64,000 nt of DNA from a virus (taxonomy: Duplodnaviria; Caudoviricetes): the IMG/VR virus record IMGVR_UViG_3300025868_000002, positions 1 through 64,000 of that record. The stretch is one strand, 5' to 3'. The translations under genes were made by a program, and so were the position numbers. Shown here piece by piece: positions 52,978 through 61,012 of this stretch (the first letter of the stretch is position 1; every line of letters begins with the position of its first letter). The notes under the pieces are model-generated. The model had not been told where the DNA came from. It saw only the letters and a program-made list of their open reading frames with translations, and did not search any database.

Positions 52978-53881
52978 CAAAAACCTTCTTGACATTTGTA
53001 AAAGCAGTATTTGGATCTGGATGGTACGTAAGTAAATTAGTTGGATTTGTTGTTCTGGCTTTCTCAATAAATAAATGAGTAAGCATACTAATTGGCTTCC
53101 CTGGTATATGCGTTGGTATTAGCTGATTCTGAACAAACCATTGGGCATACGTGGGTATTTCCGCCCAAGAAGATATAATAGTAGGCCATGAGTTTACCCC
53201 TATAACCCCAGATGCCCCATAAATTAAACTTATAGCCTCTGTAAGGGAAGTTTTCCCGCGTAAATCAACAACGGCACCACCAAAATCACCAATACGAAAA
53301 TCTCTGGCATCTTTCCCTGTCCCTATGATATAAAGTTTTGTGCCAATATAATATTGGGCAACAAGTCGAATAAGTTCCCGCCATCTTTGCTTACTCCAAG
53401 TCCTTTCCGCCTTTTCAGTGGAAACCGCAGAAGATACCGGGTGTACAACAAAATATGGCTCTGGGTTAACAGCATGTTCAATATTCAACCTAAAGGGAAA
53501 AGTACTCTTATATTTATTGTATGTCTGAAGATAAATCCATTGTTCTACATATGGAAAAAATCTTGACAAAAATTCTATATATCGTGTCACACCTTCCCCT
53601 CCGCTAGACTGGGTAATAAATTTATCCTCAACTAAAGGTAATTTATCTTTTGGTAAACTAATCTTAAGATAATTTACCATCTGGCCTACGTCAGTTATTG
53701 TGATTGGGTAATTTGAAAAATTAACTAACTCTCTTGCTAAATTTGGTGCTGGATTCCAAAGCAAAAAATTAATTCCTGAGTAATCACCATTAACCTGAAA
53801 AAAATTATCTAACCGAGTCAGAAAAGTAAATAAATCACCCAATCCACATGCAACAGCAATATTTTTGTTAAAATCCAACAT
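52958..53881 (-). CDS. Glycosyltransferase family 9-like
   Basis: ACGLGD, VVHPVSS, RTWSKQRW, DLRGKTSLTEAISLI...VIGVNSWP. Confidence 0.75.
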   Translation of the reverse strand: MLDFNKNIAVACGLGDLFTFLTRLDNFFQVNGDYSGINFLLWNPAPNLARELVNFSNYPITITDVGQMVNYLKISLPKDKLPLVEDKFITQSSGGEGVTRYIEFLSRFFPYVEQWIYLQTYNKYKSTFPFRLNIEHAVNPEPYFVVHPVSSAVSTEKAERTWSKQRWRELIRLVAQYYIGTKLYIIGTGKDARDFRIGDFGGAVVDLRGKTSLTEAISLIYGASGVIGVNSWPTIISSWAEIPTYAQWFVQNQLIPTHIPGKPISMLTHLFIEKARTTNPTNLLTYHPDPNTAFTNVKKVFDAAITI

Positions 53882-54312
53882 TAGAACGGAAGATCATCCC
53901 CAAAATCTTCATCCTTTCCTGTCTCTTCTTTTTCGGGGCTAGAATCATGTTTGTCTTCGTTTTTACTTTCATTATGTGATTTTGTAATACCCTTAATAGT
54001 CTTTGCGTTGACCCGCATATAAGACCTTTTGTTTCCTTCCTCATCCTCATACGAATTCTGCTCGTATTCACCCTCAACTAAATACAAATTTCCCTTTTTT
54101 ATTAAATCCGATATATATTCCTTAGCCTTATCGGTACCCCAAAAAATAATGTTGTGCCAATGAGTAATGGTTCTCCACCCACTTTCTTCTTCTTCCGATC
54201 TAAACGATCTCCAAGTAGCTAAAGAAAACGTAACAGGCTGATTAGGCTCCTCATATTTGGCGTCAGCCCCAGCCCTACCAATTAAAACAATTTTATTAAA
54301 CATACGTTGCAT
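53881..54312 (-). CDS. ssb: Single-stranded DNA-binding protein
   Basis: NKIVLIGRAGAD, FSLAT, WHNI, KKGNLYLVEGE, acidic tail DFGDDLPF. Confidence 0.93.
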   Translation of the reverse strand: MQRMFNKIVLIGRAGADAKYEEPNQPVTFSLATWRSFRSEEEESGWRTITHWHNIIFWGTDKAKEYISDLIKKGNLYLVEGEYEQNSYEDEEGNKRSYMRVNAKTIKGITKSHNESKNEDKHDSSPEKEETGKDEDFGDDLPF

Positions 54313-54317
54313 GCCTC

Positions 54318-55091
54318 CTACGAAATAGCCAGATTAACTGCATCTGTAATTTCTTCAAAATTATTATGGAAATATCTTAAAGTTGTTGTAAAAGACTCGT
54401 GGCCTAATACCTTTTTAACAATGTTTTCCCCCGCGCCAGAATTTATTAATTTCGTTGTGTACCCATGCCTGAAACTATGCGGAGAATACTCTTTGCCAAA
54501 AAATAACTTTGTCCAAAAAGAAATGGTACTTTTACTTGTTCTATTTAAAAAAGTTATAAAATACTGATCTAAATAAAAGAGTATTCTGTCATTTACTGGT
54601 ATTCTCCTTTCTTTATTTCCTTTCCCTATTACGACTAAAGATTTTGTTTCTGTATCTATATTACTCTTATTTAAATGAGTTAGTTCATCTATACGTAACC
54701 CAGTATTATACAGCATGTCAAACAAATTAGAAACATGATCACGACTATGCTTTCTGAATTTATAAACCCTTATCCTTTGGATACCTTCTTTAAAAGCAGT
54801 ATCAGTTATAAAGTTAGCCTCTCGGTATTTTAGCCTGGGCTTAGCTATAATCGAAAAGTTTATATCAATATTAAATAATTTACAATATACCTTTATTGCC
54901 GTAATCCTTCTGTGCATGCTGCTAGCACTTAAATTTTTGTTTTTTATGATGTAACTTTGTAAATTAGATTCAGTTATAGCATCGTAATTTTCAAAGTATT
55001 TTGCTAAGTCATTTGTATACGCCTTAACTGTATTGTTGCTTCTGTTTAGGCCCACTAATATGTCAGAAAAAGACTTTAGGCTATGCATCAC
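54318..55091 (-). CDS. Tyrosine recombinase (XerC/D-like)
   Basis: YNTGLRIDE, GKGNKER, HSFRH, LGH, TTLRY catalytic set. Confidence 0.92.
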   Translation of the reverse strand: MMHSLKSFSDILVGLNRSNNTVKAYTNDLAKYFENYDAITESNLQSYIIKNKNLSASSMHRRITAIKVYCKLFNIDINFSIIAKPRLKYREANFITDTAFKEGIQRIRVYKFRKHSRDHVSNLFDMLYNTGLRIDELTHLNKSNIDTETKSLVVIGKGNKERRIPVNDRILFYLDQYFITFLNRTSKSTISFWTKLFFGKEYSPHSFRHGYTTKLINSGAGENIVKKVLGHESFTTTLRYFHNNFEEITDAVNLAIS

Positions 55092-55112
55092 GTACCTCCT
55101 GATCGGCGTAGA

Positions 55113-55129
55113 TGCAAAAAGTGTGCCAA
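55113..55129 (-). promoter_or_regulatory. sigma54-type (-24/-12) promoter upstream of the recombinase-ssb-GT9-polA operon
   Basis: TTGGCAC-ACTTT-TTGCA; GG-N10-GC; predicted +1 near 55102, just before RBS AGGAGG. Confidence 0.8.
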
Positions 55130-55130
55130 G

Positions 55131-55454
55131 TTAAGCATTACGCCCCCTGGGGTTACATTTTGAGCAACGCCACTCTAAGTTAGTCAACATATTATTGTAC
55201 ATGTTTCCATCTTTATGATGTACTTCTAAAAGGCGCGGATTACTCGGGGAAATCCCACATTTACTGCACTTTCTAACCCTTTTAGTATTCATCAAAAGAC
55301 GTCTAGCCTTGTTTCTCGAATTTGATTTTTTCGTTTGGTTGTAACTCTTCCTCCAAGATTGATACTTCTTAGAGTTTTTTCTGCGCCACAAACCCATATG
55401 TGAAAGCTGACTTGGCTTCTTTTTTGTTTTTTTGTGTTCACCCTTTTTCGGCAT
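55131..55454 (-). CDS. Small HNH endonuclease
   Basis: CSKCG...EVHHKDGNMYNN...NLEWRCSKCN; basic N-terminus. Confidence 0.8.
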   Translation of the reverse strand: MPKKGEHKKTKKKPSQLSHMGLWRRKNSKKYQSWRKSYNQTKKSNSRNKARRLLMNTKRVRKCSKCGISPSNPRLLEVHHKDGNMYNNMLTNLEWRCSKCNPRGRNA

Positions 55455-55614
55455 TCGTTTTTCCCTTGCTTGTTTCTATAAATATAGCGAGTGTACTAAT
55501 CATAATAGCAACTGCTTTATTATACATATGGTTTATTAAAATACCAGATAGTGCAAATGTAAATAATAATTTAACAAAATATTCAAATATTGAAATCCAA
55601 TCTACATTAGACAT
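55438..55614 (-). CDS. Small membrane protein (58 aa, absent from the ORF track)
   Basis: Translated by hand: MSNVDWISIFEYFVKLLFTFALSGILINHMYNKAVAIMISTLAIFIETSKGKTNAEKG; fills the gap between neighbours. Confidence 0.55.
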   Translation of the reverse strand: MSNVDWISIFEYFVKLLFTFALSGILINHMYNKAVAIMISTLAIFIETSKGKTNAEKG

Positions 55615-55891
55615 TCATAACCTTCTTTGTGTAGAATTCACCCCGTATCCCATTTAATATAAGAACCCAAACCTCTCCAATTTCCGAAATATAACTTATA
55701 GACACTACTATACCTACCTTCTCATTTTTTACGGCATCTATAACATTTTTGCCTATACCATTACGCAATACCTCTATTAGACTTGTATACCAAAAAGAAT
55801 ACTGCTTAACAATAAAATCAAAGTAAAGCGTATCATCAAGAACACACCTATAAGTATATTTTCCCAAATTTAAGACATTAAAAGTTAACAT
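55607..55891 (-). CDS. Hypothetical protein
   Basis: RBS AAGG; lies in the operon. Confidence 0.55.
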   Translation of the reverse strand: MLTFNVLNLGKYTYRCVLDDTLYFDFIVKQYSFWYTSLIEVLRNGIGKNVIDAVKNEKVGIVVSISYISEIGEVWVLILNGIRGEFYTKKVMNV

Positions 55892-55899
55892 AATGCACC

Positions 55900-56427
55900 T
55901 TATAGAAGTTCCACTTCATTTCTGCCATCATAAACAAATATAATTATGCTTATTTTGTCGAATAATGTTTTTATGTATCTTATGTATTTTTCTTTTGAAT
56001 GTTTTTTATTTTTTGCACAATAAACTATAACACCAGTCACATCATTTTTATTTTCATCTAAACTAACACTATATTTATAAGTTTCAAAATCCTTAAAAAA
56101 CCCTTCTATATAAAACTCATGTAAAACAAAGTAACGTGTTTCATTGATACTTAAATATACAATTGATTCTTTTTGTGGGTTTTTTACAAGCCTATGATAG
56201 CAAAAATCACCTTTACTATAACACAGCAAATATTTTCTTAAGTGTATATTTCCTATAGCTACTATGTAAGTATCTTCTCCATACGCGGAAGAAAGCATGA
56301 TTAAACTAGTGTAAAAGTCATTAATTGATGTGGCATTCTTCAATGCGTCTATGTCACCTAAAACATATAGGTCACCTATCGTGCCTACTCTACCTATAAC
56401 ATCAGAAAATAATAAGTTTTTACCCAT
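55900..56427 (-). CDS. Hypothetical protein
   Basis: Tightly packed ORF; no motif recognised. Confidence 0.55.
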   Translation of the reverse strand: MGKNLLFSDVIGRVGTIGDLYVLGDIDALKNATSINDFYTSLIMLSSAYGEDTYIVAIGNIHLRKYLLCYSKGDFCYHRLVKNPQKESIVYLSINETRYFVLHEFYIEGFFKDFETYKYSVSLDENKNDVTGVIVYCAKNKKHSKEKYIRYIKTLFDKISIIIFVYDGRNEVELL

Positions 56428-56739
56428 TTACTCATCTCTAATTTTTTTCATAACATCTGATGATAATAACCCAGATAGATCTTCTTTATCTATAAAACCA
56501 AACCCACATAGTAATGCAGGGGCATAAACTTTATAGTTAGTCTTAAGGGCATCACATGATACATCTATATAGTTACAAAATTCCAAATTGTTAGCAATAT
56601 GTGCTTCCATAGCAGTATAAAGGGCTTCAGCAACATGGCACCCGCTACTTGTGTAAGAAGAACCATTTATGATTACGTTAAATATATGGTCATCATCAAA
56701 AGTATCATCATCAATTTTTATTACTTGCTTGTTTTTCAT
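56428..56739 (-). CDS. Hypothetical protein
   Basis: Tightly packed ORF; no motif recognised. Confidence 0.55.
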   Translation of the reverse strand: MKNKQVIKIDDDTFDDDHIFNVIINGSSYTSSGCHVAEALYTAMEAHIANNLEFCNYIDVSCDALKTNYKVYAPALLCGFGFIDKEDLSGLLSSDVMKKIRDE

Positions 56740-56745
56740 TTATGC

Positions 56746-57312
56746 TCACTTTCTATAGCAGCTACCACAACGTGCTTCGTATATTTCTGAACCACCAACA
56801 CAGACTTGATCTTTATTTTTAGTTGATTTCCTATAAGTAAATAATGCATTAAATCTCTTGCACATGGAACAAACAGCCTTAAAAGTAATAACCTCACCAT
56901 ATGGCAAAATATTTACCATTTCTTCAAACGGATTCCTGTAAGAATCTAAAGCCAAACCAGAAATATATATGTCAATCCCATGTTTTTCGCATAAGTCAAG
57001 TAAAATAGTGTGCAACCCATTTTTAACAAATTGATATTCATCTATAAAAATGGCATCAACACAAAAGTTTCTGTTCGCCAAGTAAGGAAGAATATCATCA
57101 AGGTTATTTATTTCCAAGGAAGACATTGCTTCTTTATTATGTGTACATATGGCATCTTCTTCATACCTATTATCTAATTTTGGCTTAAATATATAGATTG
57201 TTTTATTTGCTATTTTGTATAGTCTTGCTGTTTTTAATAATTCTGTCGTTTTTCCACTAAACATTGGGCCAGTAAATATAACAAATTTCCCAGGTTCCAC
57301 TATTATCTCCAT
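56746..57312 (-). CDS. tdk: Thymidine kinase (TK1 type)
   Basis: GPMFSGKTTELL, FIDEYQF, CSMC...YEARCGSC. Confidence 0.95.
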   Translation of the reverse strand: MEIIVEPGKFVIFTGPMFSGKTTELLKTARLYKIANKTIYIFKPKLDNRYEEDAICTHNKEAMSSLEINNLDDILPYLANRNFCVDAIFIDEYQFVKNGLHTILLDLCEKHGIDIYISGLALDSYRNPFEEMVNILPYGEVITFKAVCSMCKRFNALFTYRKSTKNKDQVCVGGSEIYEARCGSCYRK

Positions 57313-58040
57313 TTTTCTGTTTTAAAATCATCGGTGACAAACAATGGCATGTATTTACTCTCTCTATAGTGTGCAAAAAGGCTATCAATACCGCGTGACC
57401 CAAAGCGTATTTTTGGTTCAGGATTAATTACACCTTTTCTGTACATAAGAACACAAATATCATCTAAGGTATACCTCTTATTATGATATATAGACAATAA
57501 ATTTTCAAAAGAATACCTGTTATCAGATAATATAAATTTGTTAGAAATCGAATTTTTTATTAACCTTGTTTTATTTCGTGCTCCAACCCTTTTTACATTA
57601 TTATAAAAAACAAATAATCCCCATTTATCCTTAAGACTATCTAAATTTGCCTTTATTGCAATATTTAGAAACTCAACGTGTTCCAATGTTAAAACAGTAC
57701 CCTCTTCTGGTATAATATAAAATGATCCCTCTTTATCTTTTTCAAGTAAGTCATCAATGTAATCTTCAAAATGGCATATTTTGTTTTTAAGTATGTAAAT
57801 TGAAAATTTCTTCGTATCCGATGTATATATTGTTCTAGATTTTCTCCTGTATTCGTGTGGCAATCTTTTTACAAAATATTTAGTGGCCTTACACTGCTCT
57901 TTAGCTACGCATAAAATTCTAACATTGTTATATATCTCTAATGTTCTATCTATGAAATAACAAAGATGCTTAAAACTCATAATTACCATATCATAGTTCA
58001 TTACTATTGTTATAGGCTTCAAAGATGTCTGGTGCCCCAT
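57303..58040 (-). CDS. Hypothetical protein (possibly degenerate GT-A fold)
   Basis: FYIIPEEGTVL...KWGLFVFY faintly resembles GT2/GT25 but lacks a clear DxD. Confidence 0.5.
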   Translation of the reverse strand: MGHQTSLKPITIVMNYDMVIMSFKHLCYFIDRTLEIYNNVRILCVAKEQCKATKYFVKRLPHEYRRKSRTIYTSDTKKFSIYILKNKICHFEDYIDDLLEKDKEGSFYIIPEEGTVLTLEHVEFLNIAIKANLDSLKDKWGLFVFYNNVKRVGARNKTRLIKNSISNKFILSDNRYSFENLLSIYHNKRYTLDDICVLMYRKGVINPEPKIRFGSRGIDSLFAHYRESKYMPLFVTDDFKTEKWR

Positions 58041-58350
58041 TGACTCTTTCCTTCAAACTTTTTGTTGGTTTAAACATTTTATGCCACATAAATATTGTTC
58101 TTGTTACATGCTGCGTAGTATTAACCTGCACAAAATTATGCCTTACCCTTTTTATATATGAGCCAGGATAAAATATGCCTAATCCACGTAGTATAACTTT
58201 TTCGTCATTTAATAATCCTTCCTCTATTGTTTCAAACATTGTTTCAAGTATAAGTTTTATATTTCCCTTGTTAAGTTTATATTTACATGGAAGGTTATGC
58301 CAGGCGTATAGAACTAAGTCATGCTTTGTGGTATTTTTTTTCCCGTCCAT
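57991..58350 (-). CDS. HU/IHF-family DNA-binding protein
   Basis: ILETMFETIEEGLLNDEKVILRGLGIF...FKPTKSLKERVN matches the HU/IHF pattern. Confidence 0.75.
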   Translation of the reverse strand: MDGKKNTTKHDLVLYAWHNLPCKYKLNKGNIKLILETMFETIEEGLLNDEKVILRGLGIFYPGSYIKRVRHNFVQVNTTQHVTRTIFMWHKMFKPTKSLKERVNGAPDIFEAYNNSNEL

Positions 58351-58916
58351 ATTTTCTCCAATTTATCTATTATTTCTGGCCAAGAGTATACTCTATAATC
58401 ATATAGATCTTCAGGTAACTCCTTGTTGTGTGGCCTATCAAATAATATTTTTACAACATCAGAGTCTTTCAAAGATTTCATTACGTGACCACTATCATCA
58501 ATAATGACATCGTAGCAATCACTCAACATATTCTTACTCTTAGAAGAGGAAGAAGCAAAAACATGTGGTAATATACCGCTACCAAAGTAATTCTTCATCC
58601 ATTTTAGTTTTTCACTAAAGGCATACTTTGAGGCTGCTGACGTAAGAATAATAAGCTTAAATCTATCATCAGAAATAACTTTTGTAAGACCATTTATCGC
58701 GCCTTCTATGGGTTTACAATTTAAAAATAAACCTTCCTCATTTAATAAGTCATAAACTTCATTTTTAGGCATCGCTGGAAGCGATTTATGAATTTCCCAT
58801 TCGGTTATATTTAATTCCCTTTTATCATTTGTTTTTAATCTGTATAATTTTACCCATTCAGGCATTAAATCTGCTAATACGTCATCCATATCCACACATA
58901 TCCTAATCTTTGTCAT
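58314..58916 (-). CDS. 5'(3')-deoxyribonucleotidase (HAD, NT5C)
   Basis: CVDMDDVLAD, KPIEGA, EKLKW, IIDD, FDRPHN. Confidence 0.9.
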   Translation of the reverse strand: MTKIRICVDMDDVLADLMPEWVKLYRLKTNDKRELNITEWEIHKSLPAMPKNEVYDLLNEEGLFLNCKPIEGAINGLTKVISDDRFKLIILTSAASKYAFSEKLKWMKNYFGSGILPHVFASSSSKSKNMLSDCYDVIIDDSGHVMKSLKDSDVVKILFDRPHNKELPEDLYDYRVYSWPEIIDKLEKIWTGKKIPQSMT

Positions 58917-59151
58917 CTATTACCTCTTTAAGATCCCTGGTAAAAGAATCCCTATCAGTTTCCAAATAGAATTCTATATCAACTTCTTTTCCGTCAGCCA
59001 GAAACACTGTTTTAACAAAGGGAACCCTTGAATTAAGTTTACCTATTTCAATTATTGAAAGATAAATTTTAATTGGGGGCATTGTAGATCCAAGTCGCAT
59101 CCCTTTTGAAGACCCTTCTGAACTTTCCCAAAAATTTTCTTTTTCATCCAT
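58903..59151 (-). CDS. Hypothetical protein
   Basis: Coupled ORF in the operon. Confidence 0.5.
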   Translation of the reverse strand: MDEKENFWESSEGSSKGMRLGSTMPPIKIYLSIIEIGKLNSRVPFVKTVFLADGKEVDIEFYLETDRDSFTRDLKEVIDDKD

Positions 59152-59152
59152 A

Positions 59153-59836
59153 TTAACTCCTTAAATCTGCCCAAGAACCAGGGAAACCCGACAACCCTAC
59201 CTGATTTAATCCCTCAAAAATACCTATATGTTGTGACGCAGATGGGTTGGTAACAAGAATAGTTTTAAAGTTTTCCCCTATATGTAAATCCCACCCACGA
59301 TTCATTGTTGGGCTTGAAAAGCATTTTAGTAATCTATCCAAATTATTCCAGGAAACAAGATTAGATTGGCCAGATATAGATTTCTTTTTTAAAGCCCCAC
59401 ACACAGATAACACGTCAGTATATCCATGTAAAAATGTATGAAAACCAGAAACCATAAGGCCATCATCGCCATACTGATTAATCCCGTAATTATGTATATC
59501 TGAGCACCTTCCAAAATAATTAGATAAAACTATCATATCTCCGTTTAAAATCCAAATCCTATCAGATTTGTAGTATTTTATTCTATCTAAACTCTGATTT
59601 ATGCCATATCTGCCATCTTTCGCCGGTAAAAATCTTGCCTTTATACCTATTGGGAGGCAAGCATACATAAAGGCTGAATATATTCGTTGAATAGATGCCA
59701 TATCTTCAGAATGGTCATCTAAAAAAACAACTTCACGAATGTAACTTCTCATATCGCTATGCAAAAGTGATTTACAAACTGTGGCCAATTCACTTTTTCT
59801 ATCTTTTACAGTTATGAATAGTCTATCAAATCCCAT
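59153..59836 (-). CDS. GT2-like glycosyltransferase
   Basis: FLDDHSED, IWILNGDM, RGWD, SASQHIG pattern. Confidence 0.7.
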   Translation of the reverse strand: MGFDRLFITVKDRKSELATVCKSLLHSDMRSYIREVVFLDDHSEDMASIQRIYSAFMYACLPIGIKARFLPAKDGRYGINQSLDRIKYYKSDRIWILNGDMIVLSNYFGRCSDIHNYGINQYGDDGLMVSGFHTFLHGYTDVLSVCGALKKKSISGQSNLVSWNNLDRLLKCFSSPTMNRGWDLHIGENFKTILVTNPSASQHIGIFEGLNQVGLSGFPGSWADLRS

Positions 59837-59843
59837 ATTATGC

Positions 59844-60302
59844 TCACTTACACTCTAGGTAACAAATACCATTATTTATCTTAGTAACTATTATGTCATC
59901 ACCAACATAGTCACAATATTTATTTATTGCCGCTACCAATTCTTCAGTTAATCCAGAATTAAATATGATATAACCAAATTTTCTTAAAATAGGTAAATAA
60001 GTAGAAATAACAGAAATAAAATTATTAAACCCTTTTATTTCATTTACAACTAATAAATCTAAATATTTTATCTTTCTACCAAGCTTATTTCCATAAACAA
60101 ATGGTGAATTAGTCACATGAACCTTAACTTTTTTATCTTTTAAATACTCAACTTCAGTATCTGTTATAAAGTGAAGATCACCAAGCGTTACTAAATATTC
60201 TATTATAGAAAAATTTAGGTTACCTATATAGCCAACTGTCGTAATACGCTTATTAATAATAATTCTTTTTAGTATTTCTTGTGTTAATTGTTGTGATGGC
60301 AT
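59844..60302 (-). CDS. Degenerate Rossmann/SAM-methyltransferase-like protein
   Basis: YLDLLVVN...YLPILRKFGYIIF resembles the C-terminal half of class I MTases; the glycine motif is weak. Confidence 0.35.
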   Translation of the reverse strand: MPSQQLTQEILKRIIINKRITTVGYIGNLNFSIIEYLVTLGDLHFITDTEVEYLKDKKVKVHVTNSPFVYGNKLGRKIKYLDLLVVNEIKGFNNFISVISTYLPILRKFGYIIFNSGLTEELVAAINKYCDYVGDDIIVTKINNGICYLECK

Positions 60303-60390
60303 CTCTTATTTTGTACTCCTCTACACCATTTGTAAGTAAAAAACCAATTGAGAGGGTTCCAATAGAAAATTCCCCGTAATGGCCAAGGGA

Positions 60391-60407
60391 TGCAAGAAGT
60401 GTGCCAA
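60391..60407 (-). promoter_or_regulatory. sigma54-type promoter upstream of the 60302 operon
   Basis: TTGGCAC-ACTTC-TTGCA; 20-nt repeat of the 55111-55130 site with one mismatch. Confidence 0.8.
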
Positions 60408-60427
60408 GAAACTTGCTCGATAGGCCT

Positions 60428-60437
60428 CCCCCCCCCC
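60428..60437 (-). repeat. G10 homopolymer tract
   Basis: Ten consecutive C on the + strand in an AT-rich genome. Confidence 0.9.
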
Positions 60438-60508
60438 ATGCCAGCATATAAGGATCTAAACTTTTCTATATCTTTTAATTGGTTCATCAGTTATAAATTT
60501 CCCACAAA

Positions 60509-60598
60509 TTAGGCAATAGTTGCCAGATGTGTTAGAATGAGGGTAAGTTTTAAAAATTTTGAAAAATATTCCTCAAAACTTAATTTTGTGTTTTTCAT
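60509..60598 (-). CDS. Small ORF (29 aa), possibly frameshifted
   Basis: RBS AAGGA; MKNTKLSFEEYFSKFLKLTLILTHLATIA. The -1 frame carries a CxxC-containing continuation to 60456. Confidence 0.35.
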   Translation of the reverse strand: MKNTKLSFEEYFSKFLKLTLILTHLATIA

Positions 60599-60805
60599 CA
60601 TTATTTTTCCTTATTTTTGAAATATTTTTTGCAAAAATATAAGATATAGTTTAATAGGTGGCATGTACACACTGATTTGTGTTATTACAGTTGCAATACA
60701 ATTAATACCATGCAAGGAGGAAGAAGCACGTTGCATACTGTTATAACACTAAACCCTGTAATGGAGAGTAAGAATTTTTGGAGCCCTGAATGAAGAAGTA
60801 TATAA

Positions 60806-60834
60806 AAAATAGCATAAAGCCAAATATTTGTCAA
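60806..60834 (-). promoter_or_regulatory. sigma70-type promoter, leftward
   Basis: TTGACA-N17-TATTTT with extended -10 TGn. Confidence 0.6.
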
Positions 60835-60845
60835 GTGCCTTTTTG

Positions 60846-60858
60846 TAACGTGTTGAAA
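60846..60858 (+). promoter_or_regulatory. IHF-like binding site
   Basis: TAA-CGTG-TTGAAA vs YAA-N4-TTGATW (one mismatch). Confidence 0.35.
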
Positions 60859-60930
60859 ACAAACAAGTTATATTTTGGGAAAAACCCTGCCGGAAAGTCT
60901 GCAAATTGTTCAAAAATACAAGTCGTTTTA

Positions 60931-60943
60931 TAGCAATGAGTTG
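60931..60943 (-). promoter_or_regulatory. IHF-like binding site
   Basis: CAA-CTCA-TTGCTA vs YAA-N4-TTGATW (one mismatch); about 40 bp upstream of the tRNA -24 box. Confidence 0.35.
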
Positions 60944-60982
60944 CTGGATTCAAGATTTTTCTTTTGTTGCCTATAAAATTTA

Positions 60983-60999
60983 TTGGCATAGATCTTGCT
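60983..60999 (+). promoter_or_regulatory. sigma54-type promoter of the tRNA
   Basis: TTGGCAT-AGATC-TTGCT; predicted +1 near 61010, 3 nt before the tRNA 5' end. Confidence 0.8.
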
Positions 61000-61012
61000 T
61001 ATGGGAAAACAC

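Noticed and set aside
60314-60560. TAG read-through or alternative genetic code suggested by a frame interrupted at 60456
   Set aside because: Many genes (dnaB, chaperone G, tail tube) end cleanly in TAG and long ORFs are intact under code 11.
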